Assembly (NCBI GenBank): GCA_965238075.1
Contig: OZ250173.1
Coordinates: forward strand, 608,001 to 672,000
DNA length: 64,000 nucleotides
Reading direction: 5' to 3'
DNA from: Candidatus Entotheonellaceae bacterium
GTDB lineage: Bacteria; Tectomicrobia; Entotheonellia; Entotheonellales; Entotheonellaceae
Shown: positions 38,108-48,464 of the stretch, in pieces
Position numbering within the stretch: position 1 is the stretch's first letter
Layout: the number at the start of each line of letters is the position of its first letter
Made by a program: the position numbers and the translations under genes
Notes under the pieces: model-generated
What the model was told of the DNA's origin: nothing
The model's input: the letters and a program-made list of their open reading frames with translations, nothing else
Databases searched by the model: none

Positions 38108-38407
38108 ATGACGAAGGCAGAATTTATTGATCAAGTAGTCAAGTCTGCGGGCGTGGAACTCAGCAAGAAGGACGTTGCCGGGGTTCTGGACACCGTTTTT
38201 AGCGTGATCGGTACGGTGATCAAGGATGAGAATCGCTTCTCCTATCCGGGGTTTGGCACGTTTTCGGTCAAGGAGCGATCCGCTCGCAAGGGCCGCAATC
38301 CGCGCACGGGCGCTGCGATCGACATCAAAGCCAGCAAGACCGTCGGCTTCAAACCGGCTCCCGGCCTCAAGCAAAATCTCGCCGCTCCGGCGAGACGGCG
38401 CCGGTAA
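38108..38407 (+). CDS. hup: HU family DNA-binding protein
   Basis: MTKAEFI, GFGTF, RKGRNPRTG, FKP; GAGGAGG RBS. Confidence 0.93.
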   Translation: MTKAEFIDQVVKSAGVELSKKDVAGVLDTVFSVIGTVIKDENRFSYPGFGTFSVKERSARKGRNPRTGAAIDIKASKTVGFKPAPGLKQNLAAPARRRR

Positions 38408-38488
38408 GTTCCGAGATACCTGCACCAGACCATTCGGGGCGGGGAGTAAACGGCCGACCCCCCAACAAACGCAACTCACCGCCCTTGA

Positions 38489-40108
38489 TTAATACCCCAG
38501 AGCACACCCGTCCTTCCGATAGTCGCTCCCACCTTGCAGTACCCCTCGTTCGTAATCGATCAAAATGGCTTGGCCGCCGCCGTACGATACATTTTGCGCG
38601 CCGCGCGGCCACAGTTCGTGCCCCATGAAGCCCAACTCGTCCCGCACCGCCTGCGGGACGGCGCGTTCCAGCGCCACTTCGCGGCCGCCCATGATGCGGC
38701 AACGTGGCGCCTCCAGAGCCTCCTGGACGTTCATGCCAAAATCGATGCTGTTGAGGGCGACCTGGACGTGCCCCTGCGCCTGCATGTGGCCGCCCATGAC
38801 GCCGTAACACAGCCACGGCTTGCCGTCGCGCAGAATCATCGCCGGAATGATGGTGTGGAAGGGGCGCTTACCCGGCTGCAAAGCGTTCGGATGGCTGGGG
38901 TCGGCGACAAAACCGGCACCGCGATTTTGCAGGCAGATGCCCGTGTCGCCCGCCACGATGCCGGAACCGAAACCCTGGAACAAGCTGTGGATCAAGGAGA
39001 CGACGTTGCGCTCGGCGTCCACGCAGGAGACGTACACCGTGTCGCCGCAGGCTACCGGCGTGCCGGGTGAAAAATCGCCGGCCCGCGCGGGGTGGATTTC
39101 CTGGCGGCGGGCGGCGGCGTAGGCTTTGGAAAGCAACCCCGCGACCGGGACATCTGCGAAGGCGGGATCCGCAATGTAACGGTTGCGGTCGGCGAAGGCC
39201 TGCTTGGTGGCCTCGATGAGGAGATGGTAATACGAGGCTGAGCCGTACTCGTAGTCCGCGAGCTCAAAACCTTCGAGTACGTTCAGGGCCATCAGGGCGG
39301 TAATTCCCTGGCCGTTCGGCGGCAGTTCCAGGACCGTGTGGCCGCGGTAGTCGGTGCCGATGGGTTCCACCCATTCGGTGGTGTGGGCGGCGAAGTCCTC
39401 CATGTCGAAAAAGCCGCCGTTGGCCTGCGAAAACGCCACGATGCGCTTGGCGATGTCGCCGCAATAGAAAGCGTCGCGCCCTTCGTCGGCGAGGATCCGC
39501 AGCGTCTCAGCCAAGCGGGGCTGTCGATGGACGTCACCGGCCCGCGGCGCCTTGCCGTCGATCAGGTACGCTTGGGAACTGGCGGGATGCTGCGACAGCA
39601 GCGGCGCGTCATGTTGCCATTGATCGGCAATGACCTCGCTCACCGGAAAGCCGTCGCGCGCATACATCAGGGCGGGTTCGACGACGTCCGCGAAGCTGAG
39701 CCTGCCGTGTCGCTCCAGCACCTCCGCAAAGGCGTCGATGGCCCCGGGCACGGTGACCGACCCCCAGCCCTTCGACGGCACGCCCTCGATGCCCCGCTGC
39801 CGCAAGGCATCCAGCGTCAGGCGCCTGGGGCAGCGCCCGCTGCCGTTAACCCCGTAGATGCGTTGGTCGGCGGCCCGGTAGTAGAGCAGGAAGGCGTCCC
39901 CGCCAATGCCGGTGGACATCGGTTCCACCACGCCCAACGTCAGCGCCGTGGCGATGGCGGCGTCCAGCGCGTTGCCGCCCTTTTTCAAAATGGCCAGCCC
40001 GGCCTCGCTGGCCAGCGGCTGGCTGGTCGCCACCATGCCGTTGCGCGTCATGACGACCGAACGCCGTGCCGCAAAGCCGTCGCGTTCAAGGCGACTGGTT
40101 TCAAACAT
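38489..40108 (-). CDS. ggt: Gamma-glutamyltransferase
   Basis: GGNALDAA, GIGGD, DTVY (Ntn Thr), PGKRPFHTI, MGG..Q.QG, SDYRKDG. Confidence 0.93.
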   Translation of the reverse strand: MFETSRLERDGFAARRSVVMTRNGMVATSQPLASEAGLAILKKGGNALDAAIATALTLGVVEPMSTGIGGDAFLLYYRAADQRIYGVNGSGRCPRRLTLDALRQRGIEGVPSKGWGSVTVPGAIDAFAEVLERHGRLSFADVVEPALMYARDGFPVSEVIADQWQHDAPLLSQHPASSQAYLIDGKAPRAGDVHRQPRLAETLRILADEGRDAFYCGDIAKRIVAFSQANGGFFDMEDFAAHTTEWVEPIGTDYRGHTVLELPPNGQGITALMALNVLEGFELADYEYGSASYYHLLIEATKQAFADRNRYIADPAFADVPVAGLLSKAYAAARRQEIHPARAGDFSPGTPVACGDTVYVSCVDAERNVVSLIHSLFQGFGSGIVAGDTGICLQNRGAGFVADPSHPNALQPGKRPFHTIIPAMILRDGKPWLCYGVMGGHMQAQGHVQVALNSIDFGMNVQEALEAPRCRIMGGREVALERAVPQAVRDELGFMGHELWPRGAQNVSYGGGQAILIDYERGVLQGGSDYRKDGCALGY

Positions 40109-40931
40109 GTTTCCCCTCCTGGCGTAAACGATTCCAGATACCGTCCATCTCGCCCAGCGTCGCGTCCTCAATTCGCCGGCCACGCCGCGCGAGTTCCTGC
40201 TCGATGCCCCGGAAGCGCTGCTCGAACTTGCCGATGGCCTGGCGCAAAGCGTCCTCGCCGCTCAGGCCCAGGAAGCGCCCGAGGTTCACCAGGCTGAACA
40301 GCACGTCGCCGAACTCTTCCTGCATGGCGGCATGATCCCCAGCTGTGCAAGCTTCCCGCAATTCGTCAATTTCTTCGGCCACCTTGGCCCATACGTCGTC
40401 GACCTGCTGCCAGTCGAACCCGACGGACGACGCTTTTTCCTGCAGGCGCCGCGCCCGATTGAGGGCCGGCAGGGTGCGCGGCACGCCATCCAGGATCGAC
40501 TCCCTGCCCTTTTCCCGCTGCTTCGCCGCCTCCCAGCGTTGCCGGATTACCGCCGTATCCGCCGCCGGCTGGTCCCCGAACACGTGCGGATGCCGTCTGA
40601 TCAGCTTGCGAACCACGGTGCGAATGCTGTCGTCGAGCGTAAAGCGTCCCGCCTCGCTGGCCAGAGACCCTTGAAAAACGATGTGCAACAGCAAATCCCC
40701 GAGTTCTTCCCGCAATGCCCCCGCGTCGTCTGCCGTGACACTTTCCATCACCTCATACGCTTCTTCCAACAAATACGGCAGCAAGCTCTGCGCCGTTTGC
40801 TGCCGGTCCCACGGGCAACCCTGCTCGGACCTCAGCCTGTCCACCACGCCCATGAGCTCCAGCAGCAACTCCCCGGCCGTGTTCGTCTTGTCATCCGATT
40901 CGTTCAGTGCAGCATCGTCCGCCTGCTTCAT
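40101..40931 (-). CDS. mazG: Nucleoside triphosphate pyrophosphohydrolase
   Basis: GCPWD, EEAYE, EELGDLL, KLIRRHPHVF, EEFGDVLF; start approximate. Confidence 0.93.
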   Translation of the reverse strand: MKQADDAALNESDDKTNTAGELLLELMGVVDRLRSEQGCPWDRQQTAQSLLPYLLEEAYEVMESVTADDAGALREELGDLLLHIVFQGSLASEAGRFTLDDSIRTVVRKLIRRHPHVFGDQPAADTAVIRQRWEAAKQREKGRESILDGVPRTLPALNRARRLQEKASSVGFDWQQVDDVWAKVAEEIDELREACTAGDHAAMQEEFGDVLFSLVNLGRFLGLSGEDALRQAIGKFEQRFRGIEQELARRGRRIEDATLGEMDGIWNRLRQEGKHV

Positions 40932-41355
40932 CTTCTTCCTCTTCTTTTTCCGGGATCTACCGTGCGGGCAGCATTCTACCGTTGCTCCCAGTCCCGAACA
41001 ACTCGCCATATGTCCCATAAACCGCCAGCCGTGGCCTGCCGCGCCCGCGCACCCGATTCACCAAAGTGCCTCCTGTTGCACTGGGCGCCTGTCGGGGTTT
41101 GACAGCAGAATTGTCACATGATGACACGTGTCGGTTTTTGAATCATGGCCGTGATGCCAGCACGCCTGACTGGCGGACAAGACCTACGGTGCGGGCGGCG
41201 CCTTGGTCGCTCGTCGGCGATATTGCAATCGCAGGGATGGCCCTGCATGTCTGTCTGCAAGGGGGCAGATACGCCGGCTCGCCCCTATTCCGCCTACAGC
41301 TGGACCTGCGGGACGCTGACTTTCTCAACGCTCTGGTGCGGCAGCAGCACGCCGA

Positions 41356-42765
41356 TCATGACACCCGCGTCGTCACGTCGATGCCGTCGCGGGCCAGATC
41401 TTCGGCGCGGGCCGGGGAAGCCATGGTGCCGGGCGGGTGGCGGTACCAGCCGGGGTCGTCGTAGGTGGTGAGATTGTCGCGCACCCGGACCAGGGTGAAC
41501 ATGCCGCCGCTGGTAAGGTACTCGCCGAAAGGGCCCGGCCTGCTTTTCATGGGGATACTGTTGCGTGGCATAGGCATCATGGAAGCCATGCGGCCCATGG
41601 CCATGCCGTCGTGACCCATCGTCATGTAACCGGGCACGAGCGATTGCATGCGCTGATCCAGATCCCCGGGTTGCATCCCTACCATGTTAGGAAAGCCATG
41701 GCCCATCTGGTTCATGACGTGGTGCGTCATGTGGCAGTGCAGCGGCCAATCGCCCGGAGCGTCGGCGACGAATTCCAGGTTGCGCGTCTGCCCCACAGCG
41801 ACGAGCGCCGAGGTCTCGGGCCACTGGGCCGACAGCGGAATGTCCTCGCCATCGGTGGCGGCGATACGGAAGCGAAAGCCGTGCAAGTGAATGGGGTGGT
41901 GGTGCATCTGGCTCAGATTGCCCAGCCGGATGCGCACCCTGTCACCCGTTTTGCAGACCAGCGGCGCGGTAGACGGAAAGCACTTGCCGTTCATCGTCAG
42001 AATATTGAAATCGCTCATCTCCAGGGTGTTGGGGCGCGAGGTGCCGGGCGCGATGGCCCACTCGCTGAGCATGATGGCGAAATCGCGGTCGACCCGGTAC
42101 TGCGGCGCCGGGGTGCGCGGATGAATCACAAGCATGCCGATCAGCCCCATGCCCTCTTGCGTCATGGTGTCGTGGTGGGAGTGATACATGAAGGTGCCAT
42201 GCTGCCGCAGGGTCCACTCGTACCTGAATGTCTCACCGGGCTTGATGCTGGGATGGCTGAGGCCGCTGACCCCATCCATGCCGTTGGGCACGTACACACC
42301 GTGCCAGTGGACGGAGGTCGGCACCTGCAGGCGATTGGTGACGTAGATGCGCACGCGCTCGCCCTCGACGGCCTCGATCACCGTGCTGTTGACGTGGCCG
42401 CTGTAGCCCCAGCAGGTGGCCCACAGGCCGTCGTCGAAGTCGTGCGCGATCTCTTCCGCAACGAGGTGAAAAACCTTGACAGCGTCGACGATCCTGAACG
42501 GCAGCGCGGCGCCGTTCGGCACGACAACAGGCTGATAATGCCGCCCCGGCAGGCCCGGCGGCAGGGGTTTCACATGCAGCGGGCCGCCGCTGTAACTGGC
42601 ATCCCAGTACGGCCGCTGGCCCGCAGGATCACCGCCCAGCGCGGCGGGCTGGTAATCCGACCCGACATTGGCCGCGCCGCTGCCAGCGCCTCCAGCCCAA
42701 GCCGCAGCGCCGCCGAGGACGCTGGCCGCGAGGCGTACCACATTACGTCTGGAAAGCCTTGTCAT
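41356..42765 (-). CDS. Multicopper oxidase (two-domain, Tat-exported, Met-rich)
   Basis: SRRN Tat signal, HWHG, YHSH, HPIHLHG, HCHMTHH..NQM. Confidence 0.92.
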   Translation of the reverse strand: MTRLSRRNVVRLAASVLGGAAAWAGGAGSGAANVGSDYQPAALGGDPAGQRPYWDASYSGGPLHVKPLPPGLPGRHYQPVVVPNGAALPFRIVDAVKVFHLVAEEIAHDFDDGLWATCWGYSGHVNSTVIEAVEGERVRIYVTNRLQVPTSVHWHGVYVPNGMDGVSGLSHPSIKPGETFRYEWTLRQHGTFMYHSHHDTMTQEGMGLIGMLVIHPRTPAPQYRVDRDFAIMLSEWAIAPGTSRPNTLEMSDFNILTMNGKCFPSTAPLVCKTGDRVRIRLGNLSQMHHHPIHLHGFRFRIAATDGEDIPLSAQWPETSALVAVGQTRNLEFVADAPGDWPLHCHMTHHVMNQMGHGFPNMVGMQPGDLDQRMQSLVPGYMTMGHDGMAMGRMASMMPMPRNSIPMKSRPGPFGEYLTSGGMFTLVRVRDNLTTYDDPGWYRHPPGTMASPARAEDLARDGIDVTTRVS

Positions 42766-42851
42766 TGCCTGTTTCTCCCCGTTGAGTAAGGAAAATCCGA
42801 ATCGGAAAGTCTGTCCCGGACTGGCCTCCGGGGCCGGCGCCCAGGATGCCC

Positions 42852-42935
42852 GCCGTTACCCCGGCGAAGACCGGGGTCCGGGAAGATTTTGGTGGCACAA
42901 CTGTCCTGGATTCCGGCTTGTGCCGGAATGGCGGC
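42852..42935. repeat. Palindromic repeat doublet (same family as 781-852)
   Basis: gccgttaccccggcgaagaccggggtcc ... ggattccggcttgtgccggaatggcggc between the TolC and oxidase genes. Confidence 0.7.
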
Positions 42936-42955
42936 ATGAGAGCGTGGTAGCTCCC

Positions 42956-44377
42956 CTAATGCCCACCCTGTGGCGGGCTTGTCTCAGGGCTCTGCGGCCC
43001 TGACATCGGCGCTCTCGGGTCTCCCGGTAAGCGGCCGCTCAACAGGTGTTCGAGGTCGTTGCGCGCCAGCCAGTAATCCCTCAAGGCCTTGATGTAGTCC
43101 CCGGCGCTTTGAATCTGCCGTTCCTGCGCCTGCAGGAGTCGAAAGACGCCGAGCTGCATGGCGTTGTAATGCAAAAACGTCTCGTTGAGGATGCGCTCGC
43201 GCAGTGGCAGCACGATGTCGCGGTAGTATAACGCCCGCTGCCGGGCAGCCTGCAGGCGCTCGCGCAGCCGCCGGGCCACCGAACGAATCCGCACGGCGAG
43301 TGCGTAGTAGGCGTGTTGGCTACGGCGCAGTTCCACCGCCGCCCGGCCGACTCGCGCCTGGCCCTGATCGAACAGCGGCAGGGCAAACTCGAGCGTCGGT
43401 CCGGCCGACCAGTCGCCCGCCTCGCGCTCCCCGACAACGCCCAGCTCGATATCCGGTACAAGGGCTGCGCTGCGTTGCAAGCCCATCCGCGCTCCGGCAA
43501 TGAATATGCTTTGCCGTGCGCTGGCCAGGTCGAGACTGCTTTGCACAGCGCGTGCTTCGACAGCTTCCAGAGAGACCGGTGTTTCCGGCGGCTCGGCAAG
43601 CCGTTGGCCGGCTTTCCAGACGACCACCGATTCCCCCCATAAACCCATCGTCGTGTTCAGCTGTTCGCGGCCATCCAGGAGGGCCATCTCGGCGCTGGAA
43701 AGCGCCAGCTTGGCCGCCTCGAGCAGGGCGTGCTCGCGCATCAGGTCAAGATCGCTGATGTTGCCGGCGGTGTGAAGCCGCTGCGTTACGTCCCACCTGA
43801 GGCTGAGGCCGTCGACGATCGCCTGCTGCAAACCCAGCATTTGCGAACTGGCCTGATGGCGATAGAAGTCGGTCCGCGCCTTGGCGGCAAAATCCAGCAC
43901 CGCCCCGGTGACGCGCAGTTTGGCGTCTTCAAACTGCGCCGCGGCGACGCGTCGGCGTAGCGGGATCATGAACACACCGAGAAAATCCAGAGCGGCACCG
44001 AGTTCCAGGACTGCCGCGCCGCCGCCGACCGGAACCGCAGCGCCTACTCCAAACAGCGGGTTCCTCAGCAGTCCGGCCTGCACCAGGTCGGCCTGCGCAA
44101 CCCCTAAATCCGCGTATAACGCCTGCAGGGATCGGTTGCTGAGCAGTGCGACCCGCACCGCTCTATCGGCGGTCAACTCCTGCTCCAAAAGGTTCCGCAG
44201 CTCTTGCTCAGCCTCGGTATCGAGCTCCGTGCCGAGGTTCCACACGACCCGTTGGCCGGTGCGCTCCCGCACCGCCTCCTTGACATCCGAAAAACCGGTG
44301 AGCGGATCGAACGTGGCACAACCACCGAGCACCGCCACAAGCAGCAGCCCGCAAGCCAGCCTCCCCGGCCTTGTCAT
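42956..44377 (-). CDS. TolC family outer-membrane lipoprotein (copper resistance)
   Basis: LGGC lipobox, AVRVALLSN, LPLFDQGQ, YNAMQLGVFRLL; upstream of the copper oxidase. Confidence 0.88.
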   Translation of the reverse strand: MTRPGRLACGLLLVAVLGGCATFDPLTGFSDVKEAVRERTGQRVVWNLGTELDTEAEQELRNLLEQELTADRAVRVALLSNRSLQALYADLGVAQADLVQAGLLRNPLFGVGAAVPVGGGAAVLELGAALDFLGVFMIPLRRRVAAAQFEDAKLRVTGAVLDFAAKARTDFYRHQASSQMLGLQQAIVDGLSLRWDVTQRLHTAGNISDLDLMREHALLEAAKLALSSAEMALLDGREQLNTTMGLWGESVVVWKAGQRLAEPPETPVSLEAVEARAVQSSLDLASARQSIFIAGARMGLQRSAALVPDIELGVVGEREAGDWSAGPTLEFALPLFDQGQARVGRAAVELRRSQHAYYALAVRIRSVARRLRERLQAARQRALYYRDIVLPLRERILNETFLHYNAMQLGVFRLLQAQERQIQSAGDYIKALRDYWLARNDLEHLLSGRLPGDPRAPMSGPQSPETSPPQGGH

Positions 44378-44904
44378 GGCGTCAATTTTTCGAGGGCGAT
44401 GATCGTGCCTGTCGCCGTGTTGATGGTGAAGCGCACCCCGTCGCCGGGCTGAACGTGATCGAGCAGCGACGGCGCATGGACTCGAAATCCCATGGTCATG
44501 GCGCCCATGAACCCTTCGATTTCCTCGTGATCGATGACGACCTGTTGTGTGCCGGGCACCAGTGCCACCACGGTCCCCTCGCCGACGACGGTCTGTTGCC
44601 CCTCCATGGGCATAGCATCGTGCTCCATGGCATGGGTGCCCTCCATCTCCGTAGACATGTCATCGCGGGGCGTGTCATCAGCACTGACCGTCAGCGTCGG
44701 AGATGGGGGCCGGGGCGGAGCGGCCGCAGCCTGTGGGTGGGCGGGATGAGCGGTGCCTGGCAGCGGCGTGGTGTAGGCGGCGCATCCGTTGAGAAATGTG
44801 AAGCACACGAAAGCCGTCAAGACCGCACGCCCCACAGGTCGGATTAGCGCAGTGTAATCCGACATTGCCGCAGAGGTGTGCGTTCTGTGCCAGTTGCTAC
44901 TCAT
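44374..44904 (-). CDS. CusF-like copper-binding lipoprotein
   Basis: LNGC lipobox, Met/His-rich linker, VIDHEEIEGFMGAMTMGF; ATG at 44904 overlaps the upstream stop (alternative start 44865). Confidence 0.8.
   Translation of the reverse strand: MSSNWHRTHTSAAMSDYTALIRPVGRAVLTAFVCFTFLNGCAAYTTPLPGTAHPAHPQAAAAPPRPPSPTLTVSADDTPRDDMSTEMEGTHAMEHDAMPMEGQQTVVGEGTVVALVPGTQQVVIDHEEIEGFMGAMTMGFRVHAPSLLDHVQPGDGVRFTINTATGTIIALEKLTP
44836..44864. repeat. GTAG-family REP copy inside the CusF-like coding region
   Basis: aggtcggattagcgcagtgtaatccgaca, near-identical to 11301-11331. Confidence 0.75.
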
Positions 44905-45604
44905 GGACGGGCTCCTCAATCTTGATGGTGGTTTGTTGCCGCGTGTCGATGGTGAACAGGATCGTCTCACCGGGCTTGGCGTGATGCAGCAGCGACGCCG
45001 GATCGACCTTGTATCCCATCGTCATGGCCTCCATGAAACCCTCGATTTTCTCGTGGTCCACAACGATCTGCTGCCGGTCCGGAAGCAGGGCAACCACATT
45101 GCCTCTGCCCACCACCATGCGGGGCATGGCGGCCATGTCGAATCCGTTGTGAAACGCCGCATGCACATAGGCGAGGACACTCCATCGCTGGTCCTCGCTG
45201 AGCAGTGTCTTGAACGCCGGCATGGCCGACTTGAAGGGCTCCACCGCGCCACCCTCGCTGACGCGCCAGAACAGATAGGCGTCCCCTTCACCGGGCCGCG
45301 TGTGAAAGTGGTGGGTGAGGTCGGCGGGCGGATGTTCCAGGGCATTTGCAAAGGGGGTCGTGCCGCGGCCGTCGCTGCCGGGGCACACGATGCAGTGGGT
45401 GTCGTACAGCGCCTTGCCGCGCGCGATGGCGCCGTCGTCGGACCAGCGGCGGCTGGTCTTGGCGGCGTACGCCGGCGGTAGAGTTTGCCACGCCCTGTAC
45501 TTGTGCGTGCCGTGATGGTCGTGTGCCTCCGTTGCCGACAGAGTGCCCGCCGTCACGGCGGACAGCAGGATGGCAAGGCTCAATCCGACAATTGATCGCT
45601 GCAT
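44897..45604 (-). CDS. Cytochrome c-like domain fused to CusF-like copper-binding domain
   Basis: Signal peptide, His-rich stretch, RGKALYDTHCIVCPG (CxxCH variant), SAMPAF, then DHEKIEGFMEAMTMGY. Confidence 0.8.
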   Translation of the reverse strand: MQRSIVGLSLAILLSAVTAGTLSATEAHDHHGTHKYRAWQTLPPAYAAKTSRRWSDDGAIARGKALYDTHCIVCPGSDGRGTTPFANALEHPPADLTHHFHTRPGEGDAYLFWRVSEGGAVEPFKSAMPAFKTLLSEDQRWSVLAYVHAAFHNGFDMAAMPRMVVGRGNVVALLPDRQQIVVDHEKIEGFMEAMTMGYKVDPASLLHHAKPGETILFTIDTRQQTTIKIEEPVHE

Positions 45605-45620
45605 GGAGCGCTCCTTTTCT

Positions 45621-45656
45621 CCCTCACCCCCGCCCCTTTCCCGGTGAAAAGAGGGG
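45621..45656. repeat. CCCTCACCCC-type REP-like palindrome
   Basis: ccctcaccccgcccctttcccggtgaaaagagggg. Confidence 0.6.
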
Positions 45657-45680
45657 TTCCATGTGAATCGTCGTGTGGGG

Positions 45681-46772
45681 TCAGCAGGCCAAACCGGCGT
45701 CGATACGGGCCTGCAGGCGCGGCAGCACCGTCTGTCTCACCCGCACGCATTCTTCGACGTGCGGAAAGCCGGACAGGATAAACTCGTCAACGCCGAGCCG
45801 CCAGTATTCATAGAGTTCCTGCGCCACCTGCTGCGGGGTGCCGACGATGGCCGTGCCGCAGTTCACCCGCACGGTGGCAAGGCCATTCCACAAATGCCTT
45901 CCGAGCCGATGCCGGTCCGCATCCGCGCCCGGCGTCGACTGCTCACCAACCGCCACCGCCTGACGCTGCCGCAGCACCTCGGGATCGGCGTCGGCAATCA
46001 GGCGATGCGCTGCGTCCCATGCCTCATCAGCGTCGTCGCGCACGATCAGGTGGGTGCGCAGACCGAATGCCGGTGCGCGGCCGCATGCTTCGTAAGCCGC
46101 CCGCAACCGCGCAATGCGTGCCGCAATCTGCTCCAACGGCTCGATCCACAGCAGATACACGTCCGCCTCGCGCGCCGCCAGCGCCTCGGCACGCGGCGAC
46201 GCCCCGCCCTGGTAAAAACGCGGTGTTCCGAACGGTGTCGGCATACAGCGGGCGCCACGCAGCGTCAGGTGCTGGCCGGCAAAATCGGTCAGTTCCCCCG
46301 TCCATAGCATCCTGCAGGCGCGCATCAATTCCTCCGCCTGCTCATAGCGTCCGGTGTGGTCGCTATCCACCCCGAGCCGCTCAAAATCGTGCCGAATACC
46401 GCCGGGCACGATGTTGATATCCACCCTGCCGCGGCTGATCTGGTCCAGCGTCGCCACCATCTTGGCCAACAAGCCGGCGGCGATGAACCCCGGCCGCACG
46501 GCAATCAGGAAGCGGATGCGTGTCGTCACCATCGCCAGCGCCGTAGCCGTCGTCCACGTTTCCACCAGCGGCGCGGCCTCGTCGAACAGGCCGTTGACGA
46601 AGCGCGTGGGAATCAGCAGGGCGTCAAAACCCTGCGCTTCCGCCGTCCGCACCACCCGTGTCAGGTAGTCGAAATCCGGCGGCCGTTCGGCCCGCGCCGT
46701 GCCCAGCCGGACCCCGTCACCGTCAATGGGAATGAACCAGTCGAACAGCGGTTGCGGACGCGCTGCTGACAT
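45681..46772 (-). CDS. LLM-class flavin-dependent oxidoreductase (SsuD-like)
   Basis: WFIPIDGDG, GFDALLIPT, FLIAVRPG, ATLDQISRGR, GGAS, IVGTPQQVA, FILSGFPH. Confidence 0.88.
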   Translation of the reverse strand: MSAARPQPLFDWFIPIDGDGVRLGTARAERPPDFDYLTRVVRTAEAQGFDALLIPTRFVNGLFDEAAPLVETWTTATALAMVTTRIRFLIAVRPGFIAAGLLAKMVATLDQISRGRVDINIVPGGIRHDFERLGVDSDHTGRYEQAEELMRACRMLWTGELTDFAGQHLTLRGARCMPTPFGTPRFYQGGASPRAEALAAREADVYLLWIEPLEQIAARIARLRAAYEACGRAPAFGLRTHLIVRDDADEAWDAAHRLIADADPEVLRQRQAVAVGEQSTPGADADRHRLGRHLWNGLATVRVNCGTAIVGTPQQVAQELYEYWRLGVDEFILSGFPHVEECVRVRQTVLPRLQARIDAGLAC

Positions 46773-47039
46773 GCCGTTTTCTCCTCTCCAAACCCCCAAT
46801 CCCGCCTGGCAGACACGACGATCGGGGCGGATTTCAAACCCGCCCGTGTTGGCCCAACGCCGCGCGGCGTCGTTTTGACTTGGCCTGTGGATTTCATTAT
46901 AGTGCATCGCTTTGTAATTCCTGTATCAAGACAACGGCAGGGGCATGCGGCGCTTCGGTTTCCCTCGCCCCTTGCAAGCGGGTCGGCGCCCCAATGAGAG
47001 CGCGGCCCGGAGACGTGCAATCGCATGAGGAGAGGCACG

Positions 47040-48455
47040 ATGACGGCTTCTGACGTTTATTACATGGACGCGCGCAGCGAGTCGCCCCAGACCGGTCTGG
47101 TGGCCAAGATGCTGACCGTATTCGAGGAAGCGGGGCTTGACGCGATGATCAAGCCGAACGACCTCGTGGCCATCAAAATTCACTGCGGCGAGTGGAACAA
47201 CACCGCCTACCTGCGGCCTGTCTACCCGCGCGCCCTAGCCGACCGTATCAAGGAGCTCGGCGGACGGCCCTTCGTGTGCGACACCACCACCCTCACCTAT
47301 TCGCCCTACGCCTCGCGGGCGACCGAGCTCGACATCATGATGACCGCCGAGCGCAACGGCTTCAGCTCCGCGGTGCTGGGCTGCCCGTTCATCTGCGCCG
47401 ACGGCTTCATCGGCACCAGCGACTACCGCGTCGACGTGCCGACCGGCTACCTGCTCAAAGAAGCCTTCATCGCCCAGGCGGTTGCCGCTGCCGACGTGCT
47501 GATCTGCCTCACCCACTTCAAGGGGCACCCCATGGGCGTCATCGGCGGCGCCATCAAGAACCTCGGCATCGGCTGCCAGTCCAAGCGCGGCAAGCACAAC
47601 GTGCACCTCGGCGGACACCCCAAGTACAGCGTTGCCAACTCGGCCATCTGGCACCCCGAAAACTTCAAGGGCAAGGCCGACACGCCGGACTGGAGCATCC
47701 TCGAAGAGTGCTGTCCCTACCACCTGTTCAAGGTCGAAGAGGACACGATTGAGTGGGACCGCGCCGCCTGCACCAGCTGCCTGGGCTGCCTCGGCATCAT
47801 GGCGCCGCGCGGCTTGTTCGAATTTCCGGAAGAGACGTTTGCCGCCACCGACGCCTCCATCGCTGATGGCGCCTTGGGCGCCGTGCTGGCGGTGGGCCGC
47901 GAAAAGTGCGGCTTCATCAACTTGGCGATCGACATCTCGCCGCGCTGCGACTGCGTGAACTTCTCCGACATGCCGGTGGTGCCGAACCTCGGCGTGTTCG
48001 CCAGCACGGACGCGGTGGCCATCGACATGGCATGCCTGGACAAGGTGCGCGAGTCGCATGGCATGCCGGGCTCGATTGCGGAGGATTTCGATTTGCTGGA
48101 AGCCGGTCAGAAGAAGTTCGAGACGGTGTCGGCCACGGTGCACGGCCTCAGCGAGGAAGCCCAGATCAACACGGGCACCCTGAACGGCCTCGGCAGCCGC
48201 GACTACAACCTCATCGAGGCGGAACCGCAGCCGGCCAGCCGCCACCTGTTCGCGCTGGACAAGCGGCCCAGCGGCGTGCGCTTCGGTGCCAAGTTCATGA
48301 AATTCTCGCCCTTCCCGTACGATCGCTACGATGGCCAGGGCTTCCTGCGCGAGCAGGAAGTGGACACGGAGTTCGTCAAGACCTGGCATGGCAACGGGAA
48401 TGGCGGCGTGCCGGGCGCCTCGGGTACTGTTGAAGAGGCGGCCACGGGCGATTAA
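47040..48455 (+). CDS. DUF362 domain Fe-S protein
   Basis: AIKIHCGE, THFKGH..GGAIKNLGIGC, CTSCLGC, ISPRCDC, DAVAIDMA. Confidence 0.85.
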   Translation: MTASDVYYMDARSESPQTGLVAKMLTVFEEAGLDAMIKPNDLVAIKIHCGEWNNTAYLRPVYPRALADRIKELGGRPFVCDTTTLTYSPYASRATELDIMMTAERNGFSSAVLGCPFICADGFIGTSDYRVDVPTGYLLKEAFIAQAVAAADVLICLTHFKGHPMGVIGGAIKNLGIGCQSKRGKHNVHLGGHPKYSVANSAIWHPENFKGKADTPDWSILEECCPYHLFKVEEDTIEWDRAACTSCLGCLGIMAPRGLFEFPEETFAATDASIADGALGAVLAVGREKCGFINLAIDISPRCDCVNFSDMPVVPNLGVFASTDAVAIDMACLDKVRESHGMPGSIAEDFDLLEAGQKKFETVSATVHGLSEEAQINTGTLNGLGSRDYNLIEAEPQPASRHLFALDKRPSGVRFGAKFMKFSPFPYDRYDGQGFLREQEVDTEFVKTWHGNGNGGVPGASGTVEEAATGD

Positions 48456-48464
48456 ACGTCCTGC

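Noticed and set aside
41020-41350. Short hairpins between mazG and the multicopper oxidase as a possible riboswitch
   Set aside because: Only 5-6 bp stems, expected by chance in GC-rich DNA; no match to aptamer consensus sequences I recognise.
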